IMG/VR virus record: IMGVR_UViG_3300028833_000058
Source of the DNA: a virus
Taxonomy: Duplodnaviria > Caudoviricetes
Strand: one strand, 5' to 3'
Length of the DNA: 64,000 nt
The notes below the pieces were generated by a model, which did no database searches, was not told where the DNA came from, and saw only the letters and a list, made by a program, of their open reading frames with translations. The translations under genes and the position numbers were made by a program. Below, piece by piece: positions 9,329 to 19,239 of the stretch. Numbering within the stretch: the first letter of the stretch is position 1; each line of letters starts with the position of its first letter.

Positions 9329-9600
9329 CTGTGTAATCTTTCAATGATATAATTAAAGACGATTAACCCTACAAATGCGATATATAAGATTTCTGGGTGT
9401 TCGTCAAGATAAGCTGAGTAATGTTGCTCACTGTATTCCAAAAGATACATTGCACAGATTATACCTGCGACTATTTGTAATTTACTCTTTTCTTCTTTTT
9501 TTGGCTTTGTATTACTAGCAGCGACATCTACTGTTTCGATATTGTCATCACTGTTTGGATACCTTAAATACATGACTATACTCCTTTGTTTACTTTGTAT

Positions 9601-9653
9601 TCTTATAGTAGCACAATCTAACAGAAAAGTAAAGTCAAATTTTACAATTAATT
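9601..9653 (-). promoter_or_regulatory. type copy of phage early promoter
   Basis: minus strand AATTAATTGTAAAATTTGAC-TTTACT-17 nt-TACTAT; the plus-strand core AGTAAAGT or a close variant recurs in intergenic gaps near 8312, 12229, 16551, 28423, 31848, 35116, 35536, 37631, 38662, 40192, 46386, 46968, 48093, 50634, 51728, 53922, 54772. Confidence 0.85.
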
Positions 9654-9659
9654 TGTTGC

Positions 9660-10382
9660 TTACTCTTTGATTTTTTTGTTAATTTTAGTTACCCAACCTT
9701 TGTTCAGCTCAATTACATTTACGAATGGTAAGTTCTTTTCGGCTATCTTAAAAGCAGCAACAGAATGGGTAGCTACAATGATTTGTAATCTATCCCCCCA
9801 AGTTTTAGCAAATTCACAAAACCAGTCAAATAAACCAAACTGCATATTAATAGCCATCGAATTCTCTGGTTCATCTGCAGTGATTAAAAGTGTTTTAACA
9901 TCTATATCTTTATCATAGCTGTTTTTTAACTTTTCTAACTCTTCCTTTGTAAATTTACAATTGTTTTGTACATATTCTATAAAACCTTCGTGATAAGACC
10001 TCCTACCTTCACCACGACTCTGAAAATTAGACATTAGTCTAGTGATAAAATCAGCTTGAGTGTTATAGTTGAAATCTGTAACTTCTTTTAACTCTTGCGG
10101 TTTATAATTTATGTATTTACAAACACTACCTATTACATCTACATTGTAAAAATATTTAATACTCATTTGAATATTTTTTATGTTATCTAATTCTTGTTTT
10201 TCTGACCAAAGATTATTTGTATATCCAACGTAACGCTGGATAGCTTCTAGAATCGATGTTTTTCCACTTGTATTGGCACCAAGAATTAAATTAAGACCTG
10301 GTTTAAAGTCCATGTGTCTAATATCACAATTTCTAAATCTTGATTCTGGTTTGAGTCTTTTGATGTCAATATGTTCAATCAA
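9660..10382 (-). CDS. minimal ABC-type ATPase (AAA_15/AAA_21-like)
   Basis: Walker A GANTSGKTS, signature SRGEG, Walker B/D-loop ITADEPENSM, H-loop IVATHS. Confidence 0.85.
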   Translation of the reverse strand: MIEHIDIKRLKPESRFRNCDIRHMDFKPGLNLILGANTSGKTSILEAIQRYVGYTNNLWSEKQELDNIKNIQMSIKYFYNVDVIGSVCKYINYKPQELKEVTDFNYNTQADFITRLMSNFQSRGEGRRSYHEGFIEYVQNNCKFTKEELEKLKNSYDKDIDVKTLLITADEPENSMAINMQFGLFDWFCEFAKTWGDRLQIIVATHSVAAFKIAEKNLPFVNVIELNKGWVTKINKKIKE

Positions 10383-11625
10383 TTTCGTCTTCCTTTACTA
10401 CTAATCCTTCAAACTTCCAAAATTCACGCATGTCTTTGCCGATTAAACATTTTATAGCAAACTTAGGAAAATGGCACCAAGTGTTATCATCAAGCATTAT
10501 GGCTATGTCATTTTCATCGCTTCTCTTTCTGGCAAAAACTTTTGATGATTCACACCAACCGATTATTTTACTTTTAATAAACTCCTTGTTTTCATACATG
10601 TCATAAAAATTAATACAAAATTCACTGTTCCAATTTTCGAACAGGAATCGATTACTCGGAAGTTTAGGTATAGATTTATTTTTTAACTTTTCTTCATTGT
10701 AGTCATAATTAGCAGATTCAAATTCACAAAGTAAACTATCTCCTTGTAATTCTATTGGTCTTGCAAATATTCTGTTACCTGCATCCTCATCACAAGTAGA
10801 CATGTCGATAGAAACTGTCTTTATTTTGTTTAAAATATCATCCATGTTATTCACCATGTAAATCTAATTGGTCACCTATTTCGTGTAATCTTCTTCCCAT
10901 TTCAATAGCAACTTGCAATACAAAGTCAATTGGTTTATTCTTTAACACTTCTCTTTGTTCGTCCTCAGTCAAATCACTAAAACAAACAGCATCATAAGAT
11001 TCACCACGTTTTATTCTAAAATAAACACCATCAAGATTTCTATTTTTCATTTTTACTCCCTAAAGCAGTTATTAAATCACTGTATCTTGAGTTGAAATAT
11101 TGAAGTTCATAGAAATTTTCGATATTATTTAATCTATCCATGATTTCTTCTTTCGCAAACTTCTTGTTTATATACGCATAATCTGTGGAACCATGAGAAA
11201 GCCTTATACAAGTGTAATCTACATCGTTAACTTTTCTCATAGTGTCTTTATATTCAATGTTTAAAAAATCAGAATCACCACTTGTTATGAGAGTATATTG
11301 ATAAAGTCCATAACAACTCGAAATGTCTTCACCAAGTTCTAATTCGTCTCCATCGTCAAGATGAATTACAACCCAAAGCCTTCCTTCTTTATCTTGATAT
11401 AGACCCTTGTTTTTGGATTTCTTCATTGAATATACCTTTTCTGTTTTTTAGCCACAATGACTTATGTGTAACTTTTGCAAATCTTGGGTTGTCCAGAGCT
11501 TGTCTTATGTAATCTTTTGAAAGAATATAAGTTTTTCCGTATTCATCTTTACATTTTAGATGTTTCTTTTCTCCAACCAAGGTCAACCCAAGTTGCTTAA
11601 GTATTTTATGACCAGACGGTTTCAT
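10375..11625 (-). CDS. run of four small hypothetical genes (10375..10857, 10847..11050, 11040..11426, 11389..11625)
   Basis: overlapping starts and stops; consistent strand and composition. Confidence 0.6.
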
Positions 11626-11627
11626 AA

Positions 11628-12152
11628 CTAATTCTTTCCGTTATTATGCCTATTGTCATATTTCATTTTAAGTTTTCTCAACTCTGGAACAGAATAGATA
11701 TACCAGCATACCCATCCATATGACTTATTCATTCTTGTAGCTATCTCAGTTAAAGATAATTTTTCTTTTAATAGCTTTTTGTACTCTTTGGCCATCTTTG
11801 GTGAGTTGTTTTTTACTCGAGTATAGCCGTTCAGTTTCTTAACTTTAGATATGGTCCCCATAGATGCTCCTGTCTGTTTTCTTATCTCATCGTATGTTTT
11901 ACCATTCTTTAACAATTTTACTATAGCATCACGTTGCTGTATTTTTAATATTTTAGGTTCAACCCACTTGTCTACTAAATCTCGTTTGGTTTCTCTAATT
12001 ACGGAATATCTTCCATCTTGATATACTCCATGCACATCACCGTTTTCAACAGCTACTGAATATCTCGATAATAAAAGACCTTTTTTAACATTGAACAAAT
12101 AAGCTTTCTTACCATCTCTTGTTCTATAAAATTTTCCAATTTCGAGTTTCAT
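11628..12152 (-). CDS. DNA-binding protein with TrpR/YerC-like HTH and a second HTH-like segment
   Basis: LLKNGKTYDEIRKQTGASMGTISKVKK matches the YerC/YecD pattern; LSLTEIATRMNKSYGWV second HTH; AAGGAG RBS and early promoter at 12229. Confidence 0.7.
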   Translation of the reverse strand: MKLEIGKFYRTRDGKKAYLFNVKKGLLLSRYSVAVENGDVHGVYQDGRYSVIRETKRDLVDKWVEPKILKIQQRDAIVKLLKNGKTYDEIRKQTGASMGTISKVKKLNGYTRVKNNSPKMAKEYKKLLKEKLSLTEIATRMNKSYGWVCWYIYSVPELRKLKMKYDNRHNNGKN

Positions 12153-12249
12153 ATTATTATGTCTCCTTAATAAAAAAATTCACAGTTCCCTCTCTATAAC
12201 TGTGAATTATAACATATAAAAATTTAAAAGTAAAGTTAAATTTATAAAA

Positions 12250-12867
12250 TTAACTTCCAGTCCATATTAAAACGTGTTTTTTAGGGTCAAACATTTTTTT
12301 AATATGAATTAGATTGAATATGTCATACTCATATAACCAAGCAGTAGATACACACCACTTACTTTCAGAATCATTAACGAAATCCAAAGAAGACAATTGG
12401 GTTCTTGCCGCTTGTTCTAATCTTTCTAACTGTGGTTTAAGTGGATATCCAAATTCATCTTTTGGGTTATCGGAATCTTTCTGAAGTAATTGAGTATAAA
12501 ATCTTTTAACTCTTTGTATATAAAACTCTATCAACCCATCTAAAATTTCTGGTTTAGCTACCATGAGCTCTGTATCTTCATTGTAATATTTTTGAATGGA
12601 TTTATCTTTAAATAACTTCTTTAGATATTTTCTCACTTCAAAATCACTGTCTCTATAATAAATAGATTCTGCTACTTGAATGACTTCTTCTCCACCTATC
12701 GCTTTTAATACATCTCTGTAATATGGTGGACATACTACTCCATCTTTGTCATAATCCCATTCTTCTGGGTCTCCTTCTACTATGTCCCATAATTCTTTAG
12801 TCGTTAATTTTTTTATTTTAGCAAGTTTTCTTCTATTGACTACAAAAAGATAATTTCTATAACTCAT
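12250..12867 (-). CDS. hypothetical protein
   Basis: 205-aa ORF coupled to upstream gene. Confidence 0.65.
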   Translation of the reverse strand: MSYRNYLFVVNRRKLAKIKKLTTKELWDIVEGDPEEWDYDKDGVVCPPYYRDVLKAIGGEEVIQVAESIYYRDSDFEVRKYLKKLFKDKSIQKYYNEDTELMVAKPEILDGLIEFYIQRVKRFYTQLLQKDSDNPKDEFGYPLKPQLERLEQAARTQLSSLDFVNDSESKWCVSTAWLYEYDIFNLIHIKKMFDPKKHVLIWTGS

Positions 12868-13168
12868 ATTCTTCGTCCATTCTATAAAGTTGATTTTTTA
12901 ACACTCTTGTTTTATCGTCAAAATACTCATAGTTGATAGGAGCATCTATGAAATCTTCATCTACAAATTCTCTACCTAAAATCTCTTCAGCACAATGACG
13001 ACATAATACATGTGTCGGACTAACATAATCATTACGTGTGATTTCGTTCCAAATTTTACTTTTAACCATGAAATAATCTAATGGATGTTTGAATACATCT
13101 TTACCACAAAGGTTACAATGTAAAGACCAACGATTCTTTTTCCATAATTCTCGCATATCAACCATCAA
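12857..13168 (-). CDS. small zinc-finger protein
   Basis: CNLC...CRHC; AGGAG RBS. Confidence 0.6.
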   Translation of the reverse strand: MMVDMRELWKKNRWSLHCNLCGKDVFKHPLDYFMVKSKIWNEITRNDYVSPTHVLCRHCAEEILGREFVDEDFIDAPINYEYFDDKTRVLKNQLYRMDEEYEL

Positions 13169-13388
13169 AGACTCCTTTCTTAATTTTTAATATGTTACGA
13201 TAAAATAGTTGTTTCTGTATGAGGTGTTTCATCCTGTATACATTCACTCCAGCAATCTTTTTCTTTCCAACCACGACTCTTTATTTCTTTTTCAGCTTTC
13301 TTTTTTAATTCTTCCATTGTTTTTGCAGATAATGTTATGAAATCTTCATAATCTCCGCTGTAATGTATCTTATATATCAAGTTGTCTC

Positions 13389-13967
13389 TCATTTTTTCTT
13401 CTCCGAAATATATCCATTTTGTTGACATTCGACATCTTCTAGTTCTTTACGGTCATTTAAAAGTTTAAATAATAATTTAGAAGAATCATGTAATCTTGTT
13501 TGTATTTTTTGTACATCGTCCACAGTTTGTTGTAATCGTTCATTCCAACTTTCTATGAATGAGCATAAATTTTTTATCGCATAATCAATAGCTTTATGTT
13601 TATCTGTGAAAGTAGTATTCTCGTATAACAAACGACCTGTGTAATCTGTATTCGGCCACATTGGGTCATCTGTATACGTTTCAATTAAACCATCAGAATT
13701 TGACCAAATATAAATTTTTTGCATACCAGTGATATCTTCGTTACAATCAACGATAGATTGCATTGTACCATTTTTAATGAGTTTTTCACATTCGTTGTAT
13801 ATTCGAGTAAGTTCTTCATAGCCCCTGACATCACCAGTTATCTTGAATGTAAATTTATTTATTTTTATAATGTCATGTATGTAAGCAGAACCAATACAAA
13901 CATTATCATCAATTTCTTGTATAATGTAATTTGTTTTCAAAAGATTTTTTAATTTTCTCGCTTGCAT
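13389..13967 (-). CDS. hypothetical protein
   Basis: GGGGG RBS, 192-aa ORF. Confidence 0.65.
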   Translation of the reverse strand: MQARKLKNLLKTNYIIQEIDDNVCIGSAYIHDIIKINKFTFKITGDVRGYEELTRIYNECEKLIKNGTMQSIVDCNEDITGMQKIYIWSNSDGLIETYTDDPMWPNTDYTGRLLYENTTFTDKHKAIDYAIKNLCSFIESWNERLQQTVDDVQKIQTRLHDSSKLLFKLLNDRKELEDVECQQNGYISEKKK

Positions 13968-14084
13968 GAATCCCCCTTAAACTTTCTTAAAATAACTTTT
14001 CTTACACGTCTATCGAAAAACAATGGTATGACAGTAAACCCTTCTATGAATCCAATCCAAAAATCTTTGTCACAAATTGTTTCT

Positions 14085-14321
14085 TTAATTTCTTTCCACA
14101 TCATTGAACTCCTTTGAATTTACAGCTTCAACCCATGTGTCATATGCACCAATAAGTTTTCTATTTCTTAAGAAATCAGCTTCTTCTTTTGCATTATGTC
14201 TAAAAGTAGACATTCCACCTGTATTACCTAAAACATTTACTGTATAAGGTGATATAAAAGTTATTGTACAAATTACAGTTTCACCTGTCAAATCTTCGTA
14301 TATGTCACCGACTCTAATCAT
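14085..14321 (-). CDS. VGD-family small beta-rich protein (divergent member)
   Basis: MIRVGDIYED...KLIG; start moved to 14321 (ATGA overlap with upstream stop). Confidence 0.5.
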   Translation of the reverse strand: MIRVGDIYEDLTGETVICTITFISPYTVNVLGNTGGMSTFRHNAKEEADFLRNRKLIGAYDTWVEAVNSKEFNDVERN

Positions 14322-15035
14322 TTCACTTCTCTGTCTTTCTCTAAATCTGGAAAATCTTTTAACAAACATCCAGATTCATCTCTGTTACATAACATTTCAG
14401 CATATATACCTTCTAAAGTATTTTCACCTACATGACCTATTTTAACATTATTCTTTTCAGCCCAGTTTATAAACCAATTAGAGGCATCTATGTAACCTTT
14501 TAAATATCCAGCAACAACTCTTGGTTCGTCTTCATGTCTACATGTAAAACATTGACACCCTTTTTTAATCATGATTCTTATCCTTTTCATAAATATAGTG
14601 ATAACCTAGCCACCAAATTGGTAAAGCCCAAGACAATATAGAAATGATTAAAGAAGTTGATAACAGACCAACTATATCAACATCTTCGTTATTTTTTCCA
14701 TTGACTAATGTGTTATTCAAACCTACACAACACATTAAAAAAGCAACACCCATTCCTATAAAGTATATTAGCTCTGCCATAGTCATTAATGTTACTCCAA
14801 CGCTTTGTCTATATCGTTTAAAAGTTTCTTTCTTTGGTTATAAGATTTTTCATCATATCTGTAATCGTCCATTTCTAACCAAACGCTTTGTCTAGCTTGT
14901 CTTAATAATTCTCTTAGCTTAATATTATAATCCATAAGATTTGTTAAATAACTAATTGTTGCAGTTGTACCATTATAAAGTTGTACAACTTTTTCTTCGT
15001 TTACTTTTACAGGTATAGTTACAATTTGACGTTCT

Positions 15036-15407
15036 TTACTCATGTTTAACACCTTCGTGAATATTACCAACTACTCTAACATTTCTTCTAATGAGTTTTT
15101 CTTGGTCATATTTATACATTCTGACTAAGAATCTAGCAGACTTTTTGTCAAAGAAAACAACACCTTGGTCACTCTTTGTGTTATCATCTTCCAATATGTC
15201 ACCTTCGTATATTGGTTTTTTGTTTTTATCTCTCAATCCAGTAGGCATTTCAAGTTCATAGTTAGAAGTATCTTTGTAAAGTTTATACATCATACCATAT
15301 GGATTTTCTTCTGTTCCTTTGTTCAAAACAGCTTGCATGTAGTATGTATGGTCGATGTATTTATGTTCACTTATACTCCAAAAACGAGGTAAACTTCTAT
15401 TTGTCAT
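15036..15407 (-). CDS. YopX family protein
   Basis: PRFW...TGLRDKNKKPIYEGDIL...VVGNIHE. Confidence 0.85.
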   Translation of the reverse strand: MTNRSLPRFWSISEHKYIDHTYYMQAVLNKGTEENPYGMMYKLYKDTSNYELEMPTGLRDKNKKPIYEGDILEDDNTKSDQGVVFFDKKSARFLVRMYKYDQEKLIRRNVRVVGNIHEGVKHE

Positions 15408-15624
15408 CTTTTACTATCTCCCATTCGTTGTTGTTTAAGATTTCATCGAAAGTCAACATAGTATCATCTTCATCCCAAAATGGTTTGTTGTGACCGTCAA
15501 TGAACTCTAAGTCAGTTTCCCAATGTTCGACTTCGTGTTTTCTTTTGTTATATCTATAAGTTTCAATCCCATCTGTAAATTTTTCACCCTTACGGATTTG
15601 CGGTAAAATTTCTTCAAATTTCAT
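15397..15624 (-). CDS. Tad2/DUF2829-like small protein (divergent)
   Basis: MKFEEILPQIRKGEK...DEILNNNEWEIV end motifs. Confidence 0.45.
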   Translation of the reverse strand: MKFEEILPQIRKGEKFTDGIETYRYNKRKHEVEHWETDLEFIDGHNKPFWDEDDTMLTFDEILNNNEWEIVKDDK

Positions 15625-16574
15625 TTTGTCTCTCCATAAGCATTTTCATGTTCCATCTGTTATGCGATTGTAAATCAGTTTCACACATTTTAACCATTTG
15701 TTCATTTGGATTCTCACCTTTAACTGGATTCTTACCACAATGAGAAACAAATTCGTCTTTTAAAACTTCTTTTATGTCAACTTTATCTGGATATATTTCG
15801 GTTGTATCAGCATCTAATTCATGTCTAACAAACGATACAGCACGTTGTATCCCTGTTAATTCCGATACATCTATTACGTTCTTATAATAAACTGTATTAT
15901 TTCTTGCGACTAAAATACTTGTGTTCATGCCATCTGTCTTGGTGTAAATTTGTACTATCATTTGTTTATGGCTCCCAAATAATTCGTTCATACATGCAGT
16001 TTCCATGTCATCTTTCATATTTAGCACACTCCTATTGTATTCGGATAAAATCTTGCACCAGCTTTGACGATTAAATCTTCATCAAATCGTTGGTCTTCAC
16101 CTTTACAAGCACCAATATAGTATTTTTCTTCATTGGTCATTGTATCTCTTATTTTTATAATACCAATACACTTTAAATCACCATTATCAGCGTAGTTATA
16201 CACAGTGATTGGATACCACCAAGAATCCACTATTACCATATTTGTATCTTCTACTTTTCGCATTTTACACCTTTTTCTTCTTTGATAACTCTTACTAATG
16301 TCTTAGCTAATTTCTTGTACATTGGTCTACCTAAGTCTTGTTCAACCTCAAGTCTACAAGTTGAAAAATTATTAAATAGCCACAAATAAAAAACAGAAGC
16401 TAATTTATCACCTTCAAAGAATTCATTGGCATAATATTCAATTCTTTTTGGCTCAAACTGACCTTCTGTCATTTTGTCATAGTCAAGTACATACTTCATT
16501 CTTACCCCAAACAATGTTACAAATACTGTTATAAAGCAATATTATGAAAAAGTAAAGTTAATTTTATAATTCAA

Positions 16575-17045
16575 TTAATGGTTCATAATTCCATCTTCGT
16601 AAAGTTTTTTAACTTCTTCAAGTCTTTTCAATTGTGATTCAGATAACTCCATGTTGAAAGTTAATCCTAATCTATTTAATTCTGATTCCAACTCTTTTAG
16701 ACATTTTTGGCCAAACCATGGAAGACGCATAAACTTTACTGGTGAATAACGAACAATATCCCCTAGTAACACATTTTCGGTTCCAAATTTCTTTTTAAGA
16801 CAATTAAAACATCTAACACTCAAATTAATTCTGTCTATGACACGTTCATAATATATTTCACGGTCAGCTAATTCCCATCTGTCGCTACTTAAATCATCAC
16901 CTGGAACATTTGTGTGACAACCGTTTGGATAATCGTCATTGACAATTTCAAAATGGCCTTCATATAGCCTAAAATTTTCACCTGGTACACCACGAGTTAT
17001 CATATACCCTTTTCTCATCCATTCTAATGCTTGCTCAAAATACAT
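16575..17045 (-). CDS. fusion: Tad2/DUF2829-like N-domain plus RNA polymerase alpha C-terminal domain
   Basis: MYFEQALEWMRKGYMITRG...DDLSSDRWEL, then INLSVRCFNCLKK...LGDIV...MRLPWFGQKCLKELESELNRLGLTFNM (alpha-CTD pattern LSVRSxNCLK...GDLV...NFGxKSLxEI...GL). Confidence 0.75.
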   Translation of the reverse strand: MYFEQALEWMRKGYMITRGVPGENFRLYEGHFEIVNDDYPNGCHTNVPGDDLSSDRWELADREIYYERVIDRINLSVRCFNCLKKKFGTENVLLGDIVRYSPVKFMRLPWFGQKCLKELESELNRLGLTFNMELSESQLKRLEEVKKLYEDGIMNH

Positions 17046-17680
17046 TTCAATTTATCTCCATTAAGAATTTAAGACTCTTTTAATTAGTTCATCTTAGCTT
17101 TTAACTGTGTTAGGATTGTGGCCTGTTTGTTCAACTCCTCAATATTTTGAAGTTTTTGCTCTATAAAAGCTCTATGTTCGTCAAGGTTATACATATCTTC
17201 TTCTATAACATTTTTCAACGTTTCAACCGCAATCTTCAATTGTTTTTCCAAGCGTTCTATCTTTTCTAAAGCCTGTATCAGCATATCTGTTCTACCGCTT
17301 GGTTCATCGTTACATTTATTAAATTCGTGTTGCGACTTGATTTCACAAGAGTTTAAGGCTCTCTTGATTAGTTCATCTTCTTTATTAATTGACATTTAAC
17401 AACTCCTTTCTTTTAGATAATAACTCTAAAATTTTTTCTTTAAATTCTTTTATTGTTTCACACCTACCAAACGAACCTTTACCAAATATTCTCATTATGC
17501 TCCAATGATAAGAATTACTGTCACAATATACATTTATCCACACGTGTTCCGTGATAAACCAATTAGCTTCAGTCCTATGACCATTCGTAAAGTGTTGGTC
17601 TGGATTCAAATTATGAATAAAATCACAAATCTCTTTTGTCTTTTTTCTGTATCTAAAAGGAATATATTTAGGATTGTAGC

Positions 17681-17845
17681 TCATTTAATAACTCCTGTAA
17701 GACTTAAAATCATTAAGTCAAAAAGTATCATCTCAAACACTCCACTATATAGATAATTTAAAAGTGTCCCCCAGTTTAAACTTTCTGCTTTTCCTGTCAG
17801 AAGTTTCCAACATAAGTAAAAAATTAAACAAGCGTTAATTATCAT
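17681..17845 (-). CDS. 54-aa hydrophobic protein not in the ORF track
   Basis: starts at ATG inside the 17-bp RBS repeat; stop overlaps ATG of 17385..17684. Confidence 0.55.
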   Translation of the reverse strand: MIINACLIFYLCWKLLTGKAESLNWGTLLNYLYSGVFEMILFDLMILSLTGVIK

Positions 17846-18050
17846 CTGTCTGCTCCTTATAACATTCGTTTGGAATTTCTTTATATTCTATACAATGGCA
17901 TCTTCTTATTGGCATCATAGTTTTTGTTGCTGCATTATAATACATCATTAAGAGGTGACAACTACTTTTTATACATACAGATTCTGTAGGTTTACTACAA
18001 TCCTTACAACCACAAAGCAATAGACACAATATAAGGATGTATTTACTCAT
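17835..18050 (-). CDS. small Cys-rich lipoprotein
   Basis: start at repeat-borne ATG gives MSKYILILCLLLCG-C lipobox. Confidence 0.6.
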   Translation of the reverse strand: MSKYILILCLLLCGCKDCSKPTESVCIKSSCHLLMMYYNAATKTMMPIRRCHCIEYKEIPNECYKEQTDDN

Positions 18051-18490
18051 CTGTCTGCTCCTTATTGAATAATTTTGGGAAAAGTCTTTTTGTTTGTTGT
18101 TCAATTACCTGAAGCCCTTTTTCTTTTACTTCATCAAATAGTTTCTTTTGTTCAGGGGTAAATTTGCCAACAAGATTTCTGTATGTACAATCATCTTCAT
18201 CATCATAGCCACCTATGTACCAATTCTGTTGTTCAATTTTCAACAATCTATGGTATGGACAATCACAATCTTCTTTATATTCTTCCCAACATTCATAATT
18301 ACCACCGCCCATTCTGGTGTAGATTATGAAATCATATTCTTCATAAGGACAATCTTCTGCTTTTAGAAAAACATCTCTAAATCTTGGGATTTCTTCATCA
18401 ATTCTAAACCCAAGAATACAGCTTAAAATTAAAGCTAAACTTCCGTTCATTCCATTTATCATATTATACAAGCTCATCTGTCTGCTCCTT
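17842..18490 (-). repeat. three exact 17-bp direct repeats AAGGAGCAGACAGATGA at gene junctions
   Basis: copies at 17842-17858, 18047-18063, 18474-18490; each supplies RBS and ATG. Confidence 0.9.
18043..18477 (-). CDS. phage hypothetical protein
   Basis: start at repeat-borne ATG; PRFRD...YTRMGGGN...DDEDDCTY motifs. Confidence 0.65.
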   Translation of the reverse strand: MSLYNMINGMNGSLALILSCILGFRIDEEIPRFRDVFLKAEDCPYEEYDFIIYTRMGGGNYECWEEYKEDCDCPYHRLLKIEQQNWYIGGYDDEDDCTYRNLVGKFTPEQKKLFDEVKEKGLQVIEQQTKRLFPKLFNKEQTDE

Positions 18491-18861
18491 TTCATAAAAT
18501 AAAACTGTGCTTTCCTTGTGTGGCGTGTTATCTTCAATAACTTGTCCGTTTTTATAAATAGCACATCTTCTTGGACAGAGGTGGTTTTCTCCGTATATCT
18601 CACAATCTCTGTCTATACTGTTCCAATAAATACAATGAGTCCTGCAAGTTATTCTCTCTTTAGTCATAAATATCCCTTTCGGCATTTGTTACCCAGTTGT
18701 CATAAGACGTTTTTGCCCGCTGTTCAAACGGTTTTAATCTCGTTATTTCATCTTTTAAATCATCTTGTTTTCTTATCTCTCGTCTTAAATCTTCTTTCAA
18801 GCGTTCGATTTCTCTATCCCGTTCATAAAGAGTATATATAAGAACGTCTTTGTCCATGTAA

Positions 18862-19083
18862 TCATACGCACTCATCTTCCACTACCTCCCAGTCTTCCGC
18901 AAACAATTCATTGTGTGTAATAGTATAATAGTATATACACCCTCTCCCATCTCTCCGACAAATTGCTTTATATTTTTCACCAAACCCATTACAGTATTCT
19001 GTTATGAATAAAGGAAAAACAGTCGTTGATGACTTAACCTTTTTACCCTCTCTCATAGCCTGTAAAGCCTGTTCAAATCTCAT
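18862..19083 (-). CDS. Tad2/DUF2829-like small protein
   Basis: MRFEQALQAMREGKKV...ELFAEDWEVVE matches the FxxALxxxxxGxxV...LAEDW ends of DUF2829; GGAG RBS before 19083. Confidence 0.65.
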   Translation of the reverse strand: MRFEQALQAMREGKKVKSSTTVFPLFITEYCNGFGEKYKAICRRDGRGCIYYYTITHNELFAEDWEVVEDECV

Positions 19084-19239
19084 CTTTCTCTCCATTGTTG
19101 TAGTACAAAAATCAATAAAAATTCTATTACCCACTCAAGCATGAAAGCACCGAAAGCATAATTCCAGTCTGCAATAAAACCTTTATATCCAAACATCTGA
19201 CAATATGCCTGTATTAACATCAATATAAGTGCTATCATC

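Noticed and set aside
2501-10382. Bacterial chromosome or prophage boundary suggested by clpB, M16, receiver and ABC genes
   Set aside because: Genes are divergent, interleaved with phage hypotheticals and share the phage promoter motif; no integrase or housekeeping synteny seen
17842-18490. 17-bp repeats as a CRISPR array
   Set aside because: Repeats too short, intervals 188 and 410 bp and protein-coding; no cas genes. No CRISPR array seen anywhere in the window
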